Positions 46,201 through 58,200 of a stretch of DNA of 64,000 nucleotides are shown one piece after another. The stretch spans positions 40,858,001 to 40,922,000 of the forward strand of contig OZ076413.1 in assembly GCA_964187785.1 (NCBI GenBank). Reading direction: 5' to 3'. The notes below the pieces were generated by a model. The model did no database searches. It was given only the letters and a program-made list of their open reading frames with translations, and had not been told where the DNA came from. A program made the translations under genes and the position numbers. Origin of the DNA: Amphiscolops sp. MND2022 (lineage: Eukaryota). The stretch's first letter is position 1, and every line of letters begins with the position of its first letter.

Positions 46201-49200
46201 CTCCCAAAATAGGCACTGAATAGGCATCAAAAACTGACTGACACAAAACACTGTTAATTAGGAACAAAATGATTTGTCAGCGTTAACATAAAAACAATGT
46301 TTTATTGTTTTTGGCAATAAGCGCCTTCTTTCAGGTTCCAAAATTTTTCGATAAGAAAAACTTCTTTCAACTCCCGCTAATGATGAAACCAGAAACGCAT
46401 TCTGAAACGCCAATTTGGCGAGTTCCGGTAACAAGGTTTTCGCTCCTTCCCAAAAGTCGCGAATGGCGCGAAATTTTAGGCTAGCTTCTTCACTGAATGT
46501 TTCTGCTTCTGCAATATCCGGCATTTGAAAAAGACGTGCCATGATTCGATATTGTCTAAGTTCTGCACTACCAACGTTCCCAAAACCGTGAATGTGTAAA
46601 ATTTTAGCAACTTCTGGAAATATTAATGACTTCGATGGGTTGAAAAATTCTAGGTCGCGAATAAAATTCAGAGCCGAATGACAACCAACTTCACTATCAG
46701 TGTATTTCAAAAAATTTTCTTTACGCTGCAATGTTCGCATCTTTAATTTGACGAACATATTGCGATCGTTCAGCATCCGTAATATCCAAGTTTAACAAAC
46801 TTTCGAATTCAGCAAAACTTTTTTTCGACCCATATCTTTTGAGCATCTATCTCCATTTGAATTGTTTGAATATAATCGAAAAGACAGCCTTGGCCCAAAT
46901 CGCCTTCTAAAACCTCTAATATCTTCAGAAATGGCTTTGATCTTGCCGTTACGAAGGCCAGCTCAAACTTCACTTTTCAAACTTTCTCCCGATAACCGTT
47001 GCCCTCAGAGAATACAGGGCATCATGATCGGGGTTGTCGTTAGACTCAAGCTCAAGTAATATAAGGACTTTTCTGAAACAAGATATTCGTTGTGATAATT
47101 GAAGGCCTTGAAAAATGAAGTCCATCTAGTTAGTACCCATCACATTTGAATATTCCACGAAAAAATTTTGCAAAACGTCGATAACAATTTGTCCGTTTCT
47201 ATCATGGTTTGAAGGTACATCTTCGAAAATAGTGTCAGCCAAGCATAACTCGAGCGATTGTTCTTTTGGTGGGAGTGTGGCAAAAATAATATTGCAAACG
47301 AACCGTCCCTCCGTATCGGTTGTTTCGTCAAATAAAATCAGCAACGGCTTCTGTGAAATATTATTTGTCAGTTTTTCCCGGTCCACTTTATAACAGTCTT
47401 CAAGGTAAGGATTAAGGCTGGAACCTTTCGGCAACGATACTCCTGATTTCACGTGGTCCAGGAAAAACTTCCTCAATAATTGGTTATTTAATACATTGAA
47501 CGGAATATTAGTTGCCGGTAAAACTCGGACGAAGTTGTTTATTGATGTAACATTTTCCATTCGGGCTGTTGTCGGTACTATCATTGTTGTTTTCAGTGTT
47601 TTCTGCCGTTTATTCGCCGTTCCTGATTATTGGGAATGTTTTTTCGTTCGCTTATGTGGATCAAGAAATGATTGCTTTAAATGGTTTATGGCGCACACAC
47701 AGGTCTTGCAAAATAACACGTTTCCATCGGCGTAAAAATCTGCTATGTTTTTCGACTGCAGCGCTCTTTGCTTCGCTGATATTTTGGCGACTGAGAATGC
47801 GAAATTCGACCCGAAAAACTAGCTGATGTGAAGGTTTGAAACTATTCGTACGGCGACAACTCATATCAAGCGACAACTCATATCAGGCGACAACTCATAT
47901 CAATTTGAAAAAGCGACAACTCATATCAAGCGACAACTCATATCAAGCGACAACTCATATCAAGCGACAACTCATATCAAGCGACAACTCATATCATATA
48001 TTGAAATCGAAAACTCATATCAGGTGCTAACTGATGTTAATTTGCAATCAATTAACTCATCGCTCCAAGAGCGTCTCAGTCAATTTGATCACACATTAGT
48101 GGCTATTAACACTATTACACCAAATGAACGTTGAATTAACTAACCTGTATCAAAATCCGGAAGTGGTAATTGCGCGAACAGGTAGAAAATTGGTAAGGTG
48201 TATATATATTTCCTGCGCCAATTTTCTGAAGCCATTCCAGTTTTAACTTTCCAAAAAGTAATTTTCCAAATTGAAAATGCCACTGAATTTTGTTTCGTTT
48301 CAACGCGGAGTTAAGAAACTGGAACACGACGGACTTTACTACAACTACTACAGAGTCAACAAAAGTGGAGTGATTTCTTGGCGATGTGATGTGGCAGGAT
48401 GCAAAACTGTTGCATTGACTGACTCAATAAGCGACGACGTCATTGTTAAAACGAGTCACACTCATGTCGTAGTACCAAAAAGAACGAAAGAGATAAAGTA
48501 ATTTTCAACGTGCTATTTTATATTCTCAGAAATACTTTAAAAAGACTGAAAACGGAAAATTACCACGTGGATTTGTCAGTTAGGTTTTTGGGGGGTTTCT
48601 ATCAGAAATTAAAAATTTTCAGGCTCATTAGAATTATCAAACAACACTTCCTGAATGTTTCAGACGGGGGGAATAAAAAACAGTTTGCCGTGCGTTTTTA
48701 GTCTAAGCATGCGTTTTTATCTTTTTTTTTAAATTTTTTTAGAGTCAAACAAGAAATCAAAGAACGTGCACAAGTTAGTTCAGAGCCCCCACGTGCAATT
48801 ATACAAGCAGCGACATCAGCAATTGACACTGAACGCGCAGTAGCTTTGCCTTCCTACAGATCAATGGTGAGAGTTATTGAACGGCAACGCAATGGGGAAA
48901 CCTTAAAAACCTTCTAACATAAAAGAAGTGGCAATTCCGGTAGAACTAAAAGTCACAGAGAAAGGTGACCAATTTCTCGCTTATGACTCTGGTCCTGATG
49001 AAGAAGATCGTGTGTTAATTTTTGCCACAGAGACCAACCTTGACATTCTGGAGACAAGCCAGGAATGGCATGCTGATGGAACATTCAAAGTTTCCCCCCA
49101 ACTTTTCTATCATATATTCCGTGCATGCTGTTTACAATGAACACACAGTGCCCTTAGTTTTCATGTTGCTGACATGTAAGAGCGCAGCTATATATGAAAA

Positions 49201-52200
49201 AGCGTTCACAGCACTCAAAGAACTGAATCCGGATTTATCCCCAAGGAGAGTGATTACAGACTTTGAGCTGGCTGCAATTAATTCCTTCCGAAAAATTTTC
49301 CCCACAACAGAAGTTAAAGGATGTTTCTTCCATTTTGCACAAGCAATTTGGAGGAAGATTCAGGATCTTGGACTTGCCGTCCTTTACAAGGAGAATGACG
49401 AGATCAGAAAAGTAGTGAAATTTTTGGTGGCTCTCGCTTTAATCCCATCCGAGGATGTTCATCTCGCTTTTTGTAAAATTCTGGAAACGTTACACCCTGA
49501 TACCCCGTTGATGCCGTTCCTAGAATATTACGAGAACACCTGGCTGGGAGCATCTGGGAGGTTGGAACGGCGAACCAAGCCTTTGTTTGATTTACAATTA
49601 TGGAACCAGTACGAGAAAGCCTTGACTGGATCTCAGAAGACGAATAACTCTGTGGAAGGTTGGCATAGAGCATTCCAACATGGTATGGGATTCTCCCATC
49701 CTACATTGGGCAAATTTCTGTCGTTCCTAAGGAAGGAACAAACTTGGACAGAAATGAAAATTGCTCGTATACAAGCTGGAGAACAGCCACGCAAAGACTT
49801 AAAAAATGTTAAATCCAACGAACGGCTCAAAACCATCTTGAGCAATTATCAGAACAACCGCATTCTCTCATTGCTAGAAGGCCTAGCGAACAATTTTGAA
49901 TTTTAAACTGCCTTTGTTCTTTTTAATTACTTAATTAGATATTGTTTGTGTTTCAATTCAGTATTGATATGAGTTGTCTGTCGCTTTTTCACAATTGATA
50001 TGAGTTGTCGCTTGATATGAGTTGTCACTATGCCGAAACTATTCATTACCAGGATTTAGCTGTTTCTGAATCGCTGCTTACAGTTTCCATTTCATCCATT
50101 TTTACAACAACGCAAAATGCCATTTCAATACGTTCACTGATGTGATACCATTAGGTACTGCAGTTGCGTGCAATTCTGAGAAAGTGATTTCAGTTTTGAT
50201 TACCAGTGATTTCTCAGAAATAGGCGTAAAAATAGGCATACATGGTCAAAAAAGGAGAAAACTAGCCATGATAGGCATTTTTCGAATTTATGGTAAATAG
50301 GCGAAAATCGGCAAAAATAGGCAATGCCTATTTCCGAAGAGCCTGTGGCGTGAATATTTAACACGTAAAGAGTCAAATAAGGGCTCAGCCTGCCATTGCT
50401 TTATCAGACCAAGAAAATGAGCCACAGTTGCTGAAAACTTCATCAATTGTCCGAAAACGAAAAGAAAGGCTATCAATAAGTCATGTAGCAAGTACATCAG
50501 CTAAAAAGCGGTCGTCTGAGCTCCGGAACAAAGACATTAATGCTGATGGTGAAATTGTATTCTGTCGGCCCTGCAATAAAGCAATTATTCATACGCGAAA
50601 AGGATCCTTAGATAGACATCTGGAAGGACCCACTCACTTGAGAAAATCGGCAGAAAATGCCAGAAAAGAGCGACAAACTAACGTTACAGACAACAAAAAT
50701 TTTTAGAGAATTTTTGGGAGACCACGTTAGAGGCGGAGGAGCTATCACAGGCAGAGATCAACTTACACCTTACCTGGAAAAGAAAAGAAAAGTTTATTCG
50801 ATTGGGATCATTACACAGAAAAACCAAATACATAAATTGAAATGAAAAGAACCAATCTGGACAGGAAAAGAGCCTATTGGCTCGTCAAAGTTCCTGCCCT
50901 GAAGAACCAAATTCAAAACATATTTGAAATGATGTTTTAAGACAATTGCCGCCCTCAAGAACTTTTCCTACGTTGAGCACTACTTCCGAAAAAATGTCAT
51001 TATCAGCATAATTCCTTTTCAAAGTAATATGCAAAGAGATACTTGTTATCGACTACATAGTTCGTTGTTATACTTGTGATGAGCTTTTTAACTTGATAGC
51101 TTGACAGTTTCCTCACATCTTTTGGAATCAATTCTGCTTCCATTAACCAATTATAAGTTAAGCGAAGGAAATTTTCTAAGGATCTTCTCTTTAAAACAGT
51201 CCGATTGTATTGCGCCGGTATCAATTTTTTCATATTCCAACGAGTTGTATATGTTCTCACGTCATTGGCATCTAGCACTATGAAAGATTTAGGTGCTTCT
51301 AACCTCAGCTGCCTGAAAAGCTCTTTGATGTTCTCGAGAATGAAAAGTTCAAAAACTGTCAAAATTTTATTCGTTCTAAAAAGATCACGTAGGGAATCAA
51401 ATTTCTTCTTGAAAAAAATAGCTCGTAAAATTCTTCGTTGCGCTTTTTCAATTTTCAACAAGTTTGTTTTGGCAGCAGAACCGTATATTAGTAATCCATA
51501 ACAAATTTTGGACTTTGCAAAGGAGTTATAAAACATCAGTAGACACTTTTTGTTGAACATATGACGTACGCGATATATCAGACCACAGAACTTATTGAGT
51601 TTTTTTTCGACGTAATCAATATGTTCTCTGAAGCGCAAAGTTTTGTCCACGTAAACACCTAAATACTTGCACGCGTTCGAATAAGGTAGTTTTTTGTCTA
51701 AAATCAAAACTTCATTGGGATGACCGCGTCCGAATGCAACTGCTTCGCATTTATCTCTGTTTATACTAAGTCTATTTTGACAAAACCACTGCGATACATT
51801 GTCTATATCTGATTGAATTGAACAGACACCTTTGCGTTTCGAACTGCAAATTGTTGTATCATCTGCAAACATGGCCATGGTACAATTTCCCATACACAAA
51901 TGAATGTCATTAATATACAAAAGAAACAGAAATGGACCCAAGACGGAGCCCTGGGGAACACCTGACACAATTTTAAGCTTTTTCGTGCAAACACCGTTAT
52001 GACTAATGTACTGACAACGCTCTGAGAGATAATTTTTTAAAATATCGAAAATTTTCCCTCTAAAACCATAATCTACCAACTTCTTCAATAAAATGTCATG
52101 ATCCAACGTATCGAAAGCTTTTTGCAAATCAATAAAGCAAGCTTGGCCTTGTGCTTTCTTATCTATTTCAGTACGAACGAATTCTGTTATTGCAGCGATA

Positions 52201-55200
52201 GCATCAACACAAGACATGCTATTTCTGAATCCATATTGCATGGGACAAATCAAGTTGTTTTTCTCAGTGAATCGTATCATTCGATTATGTAAGATTTTTT
52301 CAAACACTTTACTCAAAGAGCTTAAGAGACTAATTGGACGATAATTTGCGGGATCTTTTTTATCCCCTTTCTTGAACAGGGGTACAACTTTGGCAGTTTT
52401 GAAAATGTTTGGGAATACACCTTCATCTATGCATTTATTGAAAGCAAGTGCGAGATGACGTTCAATAATGGGTGAGCAGCATTACAAAATTTCATTACTG
52501 ATCCCGTCAATACCACAACTTTTCTTGTTTTTCAATGCTTTGATGATACTTGCAACTTCGAACTCACCAGTGGGTTCCATAAACAAAGTTTTGTCACAAT
52601 TAAAGGACCCCGAATTATACGCTGTTTGTGGCAGCCTAGATGACAATATTGACCCGATATTTACAAAAAATTCATTCAATTTTTCTAAATCAGGAAGTTC
52701 ATTAGGTTGCCGATCATTAGTTTTCTGAGTTTTCAAAGTTCTATAAATTGCTCGTGCAGTGGGATTTACGCCAAGTTTTTTGAAGTTATCTTGTTTCTTA
52801 GCTTCACGAATCATTGAACAAACTTTGTTTCTAAATGACTTATAATCATCATGATTACTTTTTGTTGGATTTTCAACCCAAGTCTGAAAAAGTTTATTAC
52901 GTTTAGTGACTGCATTTTTAATTTTATTATTAATCCATTGGTTGGATGGCTCTTTAACAGAACTGACTCGCAACGGTGCAAATTTATCTACACATTCACT
53001 GACTGAGTTAACAATGGATTCCATATGAAATTCAGCCGATGTTTTTTCGTTAATTTGCTTCAATTTTTGATCTAATAAAAAAAGAAAATTCAATGCGTTG
53101 TGTCCTTTCAAACTTTTCGTGTTTCTAGTCATCGTCGGGTTCGAAACTGTTTTTCTATCGGAGGAATGTTCATAGTGAAATGAAGCAAAACCGTAAAATG
53201 ATCACTAATGGTGGTCGGAAGAGTTTCAGTGCAAACTACATTTTGGGTTATCATGTGATCAATGCAACTCTTAGAAGTAGGCGTGACCCTTGTCGGTAAT
53301 TTGTTTTGTATCTCAAAATCATATGCTTCCAAGAGAGCCACATACTTTTTTTTATCCAGATCATCTTTTAATGTGTCGATGTTAAAGTCACCAAAAAGCA
53401 ATGTTTCACCCGGCAAACCCTTCAAAAAATACAATAAAGTCTCTAGATCGACAATGAATTTGTTGATTTTAACAGTCTCTGGTCGATATATTGAACATAT
53501 ATTGTACAATGTTTTGTTTTCTCTAGTTATCTTGATAATTAAACATTCTATATCAGTTTTGAAGGACACAACTTGAAAAGATAATCCATCTTTAACATAA
53601 AAAGCTACACCACCGGATCGTCTTTTAGCATTTTGTCGTGCTTTGAACTCAACTGGTTGGTAACCCACTATGTCCAAGTCAACTAGTGAGTGATCATCCG
53701 TCATCCAGGTTTCAGTAAGTGCCAGTACTTCAGGCTTTTTGTCCAAGATTTCTAGAAGGACACGAAGTTCATTTACATGATAATCGAGAGATCTTATATT
53801 GAGACCTAAAACAGTGAATGTTTTCGCTTTGCAATTCCGTAGTTCTTCAATATTGTCAAAGGATGAATGTTCGGGCGTCTTAGCATTAGTTATTTGTTGT
53901 TCCTTATTTTGGTTCTCCAAATTCAACATAAAACTAAATTACAGAAAGAAAAAAGATCAAGTTGGTTTTCAGTTGTTTTATACCGGATGATTGAGCGTTA
54001 CACTCAATATATATTGGTATTATGAAGTCAAAAAAAACTCAGCCAAAAAAAGCTCCAAGCGCATAACTCAAAAAAATACTGCAAGGCACATATCGACTAA
54101 CAAAATTATAACTTTCACTTTTACCACTACTGATCAGTGTCTTTTTTGAATTATCTTTCAAGCCATTAGAAAATAGAATATCGGGATAAGAAAGAAAGAA
54201 GTGCAACGCTCAATTCATTTCAGATTCCATTGATTTGTCATTCTTTATTGGCGTTGCAGCAATTTCGAAACGTTTATCTTTTGGGTTCTCGGGAGTAGAA
54301 TCGGGTACATTTCGTTTCACTTGTGAGTGTCTTTGCTTTTTCAGGGCTTTGTGTGTTAAATCATCTACCATCTTGGTTGAAGTTACCTTTTGAGAAAAAG
54401 TAGCCCCACTGCTATCTTTCAGAAACAACTTCACGTCACAATTATAGGTGGTTGTGATGAGTCCTTTGTCATTGGCGTACTTTTTAATGAGCAGTTGTTC
54501 CTTGGGCAATCTTTCATTTATGTAGATGTTTTCCGTATTGATAGGGTTTTGCTTACCTCGTTTGCCCAGCATTGATCGTCTAACGTAAACATCATTTTTT
54601 TGATGAAAATAAACAAACTTCACTACTACCGGAGGAGGTTTATTGATGTCTGAGCACTTTCCCAAAAAGTGGCACGCTTTCAGATCTTCCCTCAGTAGCT
54701 GAATATCCAGAAACGTCTTGAAAAAATAAAGGACCGAACTAACCAGATCAGCATCTTGTAATAAAGGTAAGTTGTTAATGATAATAGTGTCTTTGGAAGA
54801 ATATTTTTCTTGCTCCGATATTCGTTCTTTTAAATCAGTAACCTCGTTTCTGAGCTCTCTAATTTGGGCATTTTGTTTTTTAATGGTTTCAGTTTTGTTG
54901 AGTAAATCTTGTGTCAAAAGTAATAGAATTTCCTTCAAAGGCTCACTGTCAATAGCTTGAATTAGCTCAGAATATTTTTCAGATGCCATTTTGAAAGTTT
55001 GCTAATGCGCGTTGAGCTTCAAAAAGTTCAGCTTTGCATGCGACTGTTTACCAACTTGTTTGTCTGGAAGATGTGTTTGCGGTAGACAAACAAACTAAAG
55101 ACAACTGTTACAGACAAGTTTTTGCAGATTGCGCTAGACGAAACTTTTGATCGTGAAGGACGATATGTTGTTTGCATTTTATTCAGTGTGATAGAGGAAA

Positions 55201-58200
55201 GCTCAACCGATCTCTGGCAAGCCGACAGAAGACCATGTTAGCTAAAGTGTATTTTGAAACGCGCGCATTAACACATGGTCGTACTGCCCACCTGAATTAA
55301 ATCTTTTGACATCACCGAGACTTTCAGCAACGAAGAGAACAACACTGTTACAACATGTCGAGGAGTGTACCCTGGACGCGCAACTAAAGTTTGCAAAATA
55401 ATTTGACGCAAACGACGCACAGCATCCGATTCTTGAATTATTCCAAGAAATTATGTTTTTCTATCCAACAAAAAGCCTAATATTTCCTAAAGCGCTGAAG
55501 TTGACAATTTTCAAAGGATTGAATATCCCTAATATGGAGTTTGAAGTTTATCGCGCCCAGGCCCGAAAATTTGTGTCAAAAATGAGCGATGCACCTAATG
55601 TTGGAGAATTTGAAGAAATACAAGCAACAATGGATTGCTGGAAAGCGAACCAAAAGGACCTACCAGCACTCACTAGCCTTGCTTTCAAGTACGCTTTCCT
55701 TACAGGGGTCCTCGGCAGCGGTAGAGAGGTCAGTCTCTTATTTCCATCAAATTTTGAGCGAGGACAGATGTCGAATGGATGAAAATACGCTTGAAACGCT
55801 TTCGTTTTTGTTATTCAATAGTGGGAATTTAAGTTTTTCTGTCCAAAGCATGCTTTTTTCCCTGCAATCTACCGTGAAAAACGCTATTCTCCCAAGGAAT
55901 AGCCCGTGAAATTATTTAAATTCCCGTGACACGGCAACCGTGAAAATCGAAGAAAAAATCCGTGAAAAGGTAGCATGCCTGTAGCCGCTATAATAGTTGC
56001 TGCCGTTTTAATAACATAGCGTTTAATATAGCATTGCTGTAATAGACTATAATAGAATTTCGAGCTATGGTCATCTCTGCCTACACGTATTTCAAAAATC
56101 GGCTGTATGAATAGTAGTAAAGGGAATTGAGTCTTTTTTTTTACTAGTCGCCGTTTTAAAACTAACCTTATTTCGATATCCTTGCATTTTATGCAATCAG
56201 CCACTTTTTTCAGCTAATCTGTTTTACGATCTTTTATTCAAACGTAATTCTTATTTCAATCCAAACTAAAAGATTTTGGCAAAAAAAGATCTCATATGGT
56301 AGATTGTAGATTGAGTGGGAAACGATTCGAGCATGAGAACGGTAAAAAGCCGCTAATTTTCTAATATCACTAAATTTTACGCCAATGCCACCTTTCCAGT
56401 TTTCTTGAAAAACGATGCTCATTGGTTTTTTCGTCCATGCAAATTTTTGTCCAGATCCACAAAACAAAATTCTGTAGCAAGACGCGCAGTATCACTGTGA
56501 CAGTTTTTGTATACGTCTTTAGTAAAAATTAGACACAAACTTCATTGTTTGAAAAAGAAGAGCAACAGAATAATCGCGACTAAAACTGTCTCTTCAGATT
56601 TGAAATCGTTTTTGCATGTATGCAATTAGAATTCCAAATAGAAATATAACAAGCCGGGACCGGCCCAAGTCGGCGCCCAGCTCAAGTTTCTTGACTATGC
56701 AAAGGACACTATTTTCAAACGTTTATCACTTTCTCAGTGCTGAAAAAACCCAAGAGATACGCATAAGACTCTGGAACCACTTTTACCCACCTGGAAACAA
56801 AAACAAAAAATCCATTTTTCGGAAAAATTCAATTTTTCCCGGAAAAGGCTCATAGTGCTGAAAAAGGAACTTTCAGCTCGAAAAACTACCTTTTCTCCAG
56901 CCGAAATCAGCTATACAGCGGGAGGGTACCCTTTGACCAAATGAAAATTTCGGGAAAAAACGCAAAGAGCCGAAAAAGCTTAAAGTATGATAAAGTATTG
57001 AGAATAATAAATCAGCTGTTCGGTTAAGTTGAAAAAGTATAAGGTCTCACAATACCGAAAGAACAATCCAAAGGGATACCCTTTGCCTTCAAATTTTGTA
57101 CCAACTCTAAACAGCTTGAAAATCGCAAGGGCCGACACTTCTGTAACATTGAAAATTCTCCACGAGACGTTACATCCGGTATACGTTATATACGGAATCC
57201 GTTATATCCGGTTTGCATTACATCCGATATGGGTTGTGTTATTGTCGAAGGGGACTCCTTTACAGCTGTAGCATGTGGTTGGCCAAAAGGGAGTTTTCCA
57301 AAATTGAAGAACTTTTGGTAGAACTATTTCGGAAAGTTCAGGTGTATCGAAAAAAACACTGCCTAAAAGCCATGAATGTAGTCGACTCTTTTCTTCAGAA
57401 AAGTGCCGACTAAAAAGGCCCAGCTTTGCACATGTAATTTTGCCTTAGGCTTCATGTTCAACAATGGAAAAATATCTGGAATAACTATACACTCCTCTTT
57501 ACTTATTATAGAGCGCACAATTATTCACTGCACAACTTTGCACCGCCCTTAATTCTCGGTCTAAAGCAAATGAAACAACTAAGCGTAGACGAAGTTTCGC
57601 ATTCGCATTTGAATGCAGGCGAAGCTCTCGGCGAACGAATACTTAACACTCGCTTAATCTCAATAACTCGACGTACGAATGCATAATTACCACTCGCTCG
57701 TTCCATCGCACAAGAATTGAATCGTCGTCGGCAGCTGAGAAATTTAATTCTCACGCTTATAGTCACTGCCGAACAAAATATCTGCATTATTCAGTATCAT
57801 GCGAAGAATTTTACTGAAAAAAGTAGACATCTTGAGGTTTCAATAATATTCCTGTTATCGCAGAAATAATAAACAAAAAAAAACAGATAGACAGATAAAC
57901 AAAACTTATTTCGGAAAGTCACAGAGCGGACGAAAAAGCCCTCAAGGGCGGAACTTTGGCCTCGCCTACCTTAGCAAACATGAAGTCCAGCGCTGGATTC
58001 GCAACCACCTAGCCTTCGCCACTTGGTAGTAGACTGTCAATAGATCTAGCAGTTTCAGGTAGAAATTGTTAGGAAAAAAATGGAAAGAACCGCACTAGAA
58101 CTAAAATTTTTCATTTTCTCAAAATTACTCTCCGGCCGGATACGTTATCCGGCATGTTCACATGAAATATTCCGATGGTTCTATTCCTAAAAAAATACCA

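Larger units (their letters stand above)
46126..50345 (-). mobile_element. Inner hAT element (CGGBP1-like/DUF659-type transposase pseudogene)
   Basis: TIR CAGGCT.TT.G.AAATAGGCAT; transposase fragments 46258-47876 (LILFDETTD; FWEG...LAKLAF...VERSFS); flanking duplication T(A/G)GCGTGAAT. Confidence 0.82.
50780..55063 (-). mobile_element. Full-length non-LTR retrotransposon (CR1/L2-group LINE)
   Basis: 6-bp TSD CTGGAA (50774-50779, 55064-55069) splits the hAT transposase (PYLE|DVF); AATAAA plus (TTTTC)3 tail; ORF1 and ORF2 present. Confidence 0.92.
44500..55981 (+). mobile_element. Outer hAT element (CGGBP1-like transposase, internally deleted) hosting nested insertions
   Basis: TIR CAGGCATGCTA(GG/CC)TTTTCACGG at both ends; 8-bp TSD TAGCCGCT (44492-44499, 55982-55989); transposase relics 50395-50779 (ADGEIVFCRPC...H) and 55070-55830 (LDETFDREGRYV; SSAAVERSVS). 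Confidence 0.85.

Noticed and set aside
47853-47997. 17-bp repeat array as a CRISPR array
   Set aside because: Repeats are contiguous with no unique spacers, recur inverted at 49965-50030, and are bounded by a 9-bp TSD: they are MULE terminal repeats in a eukaryotic context.
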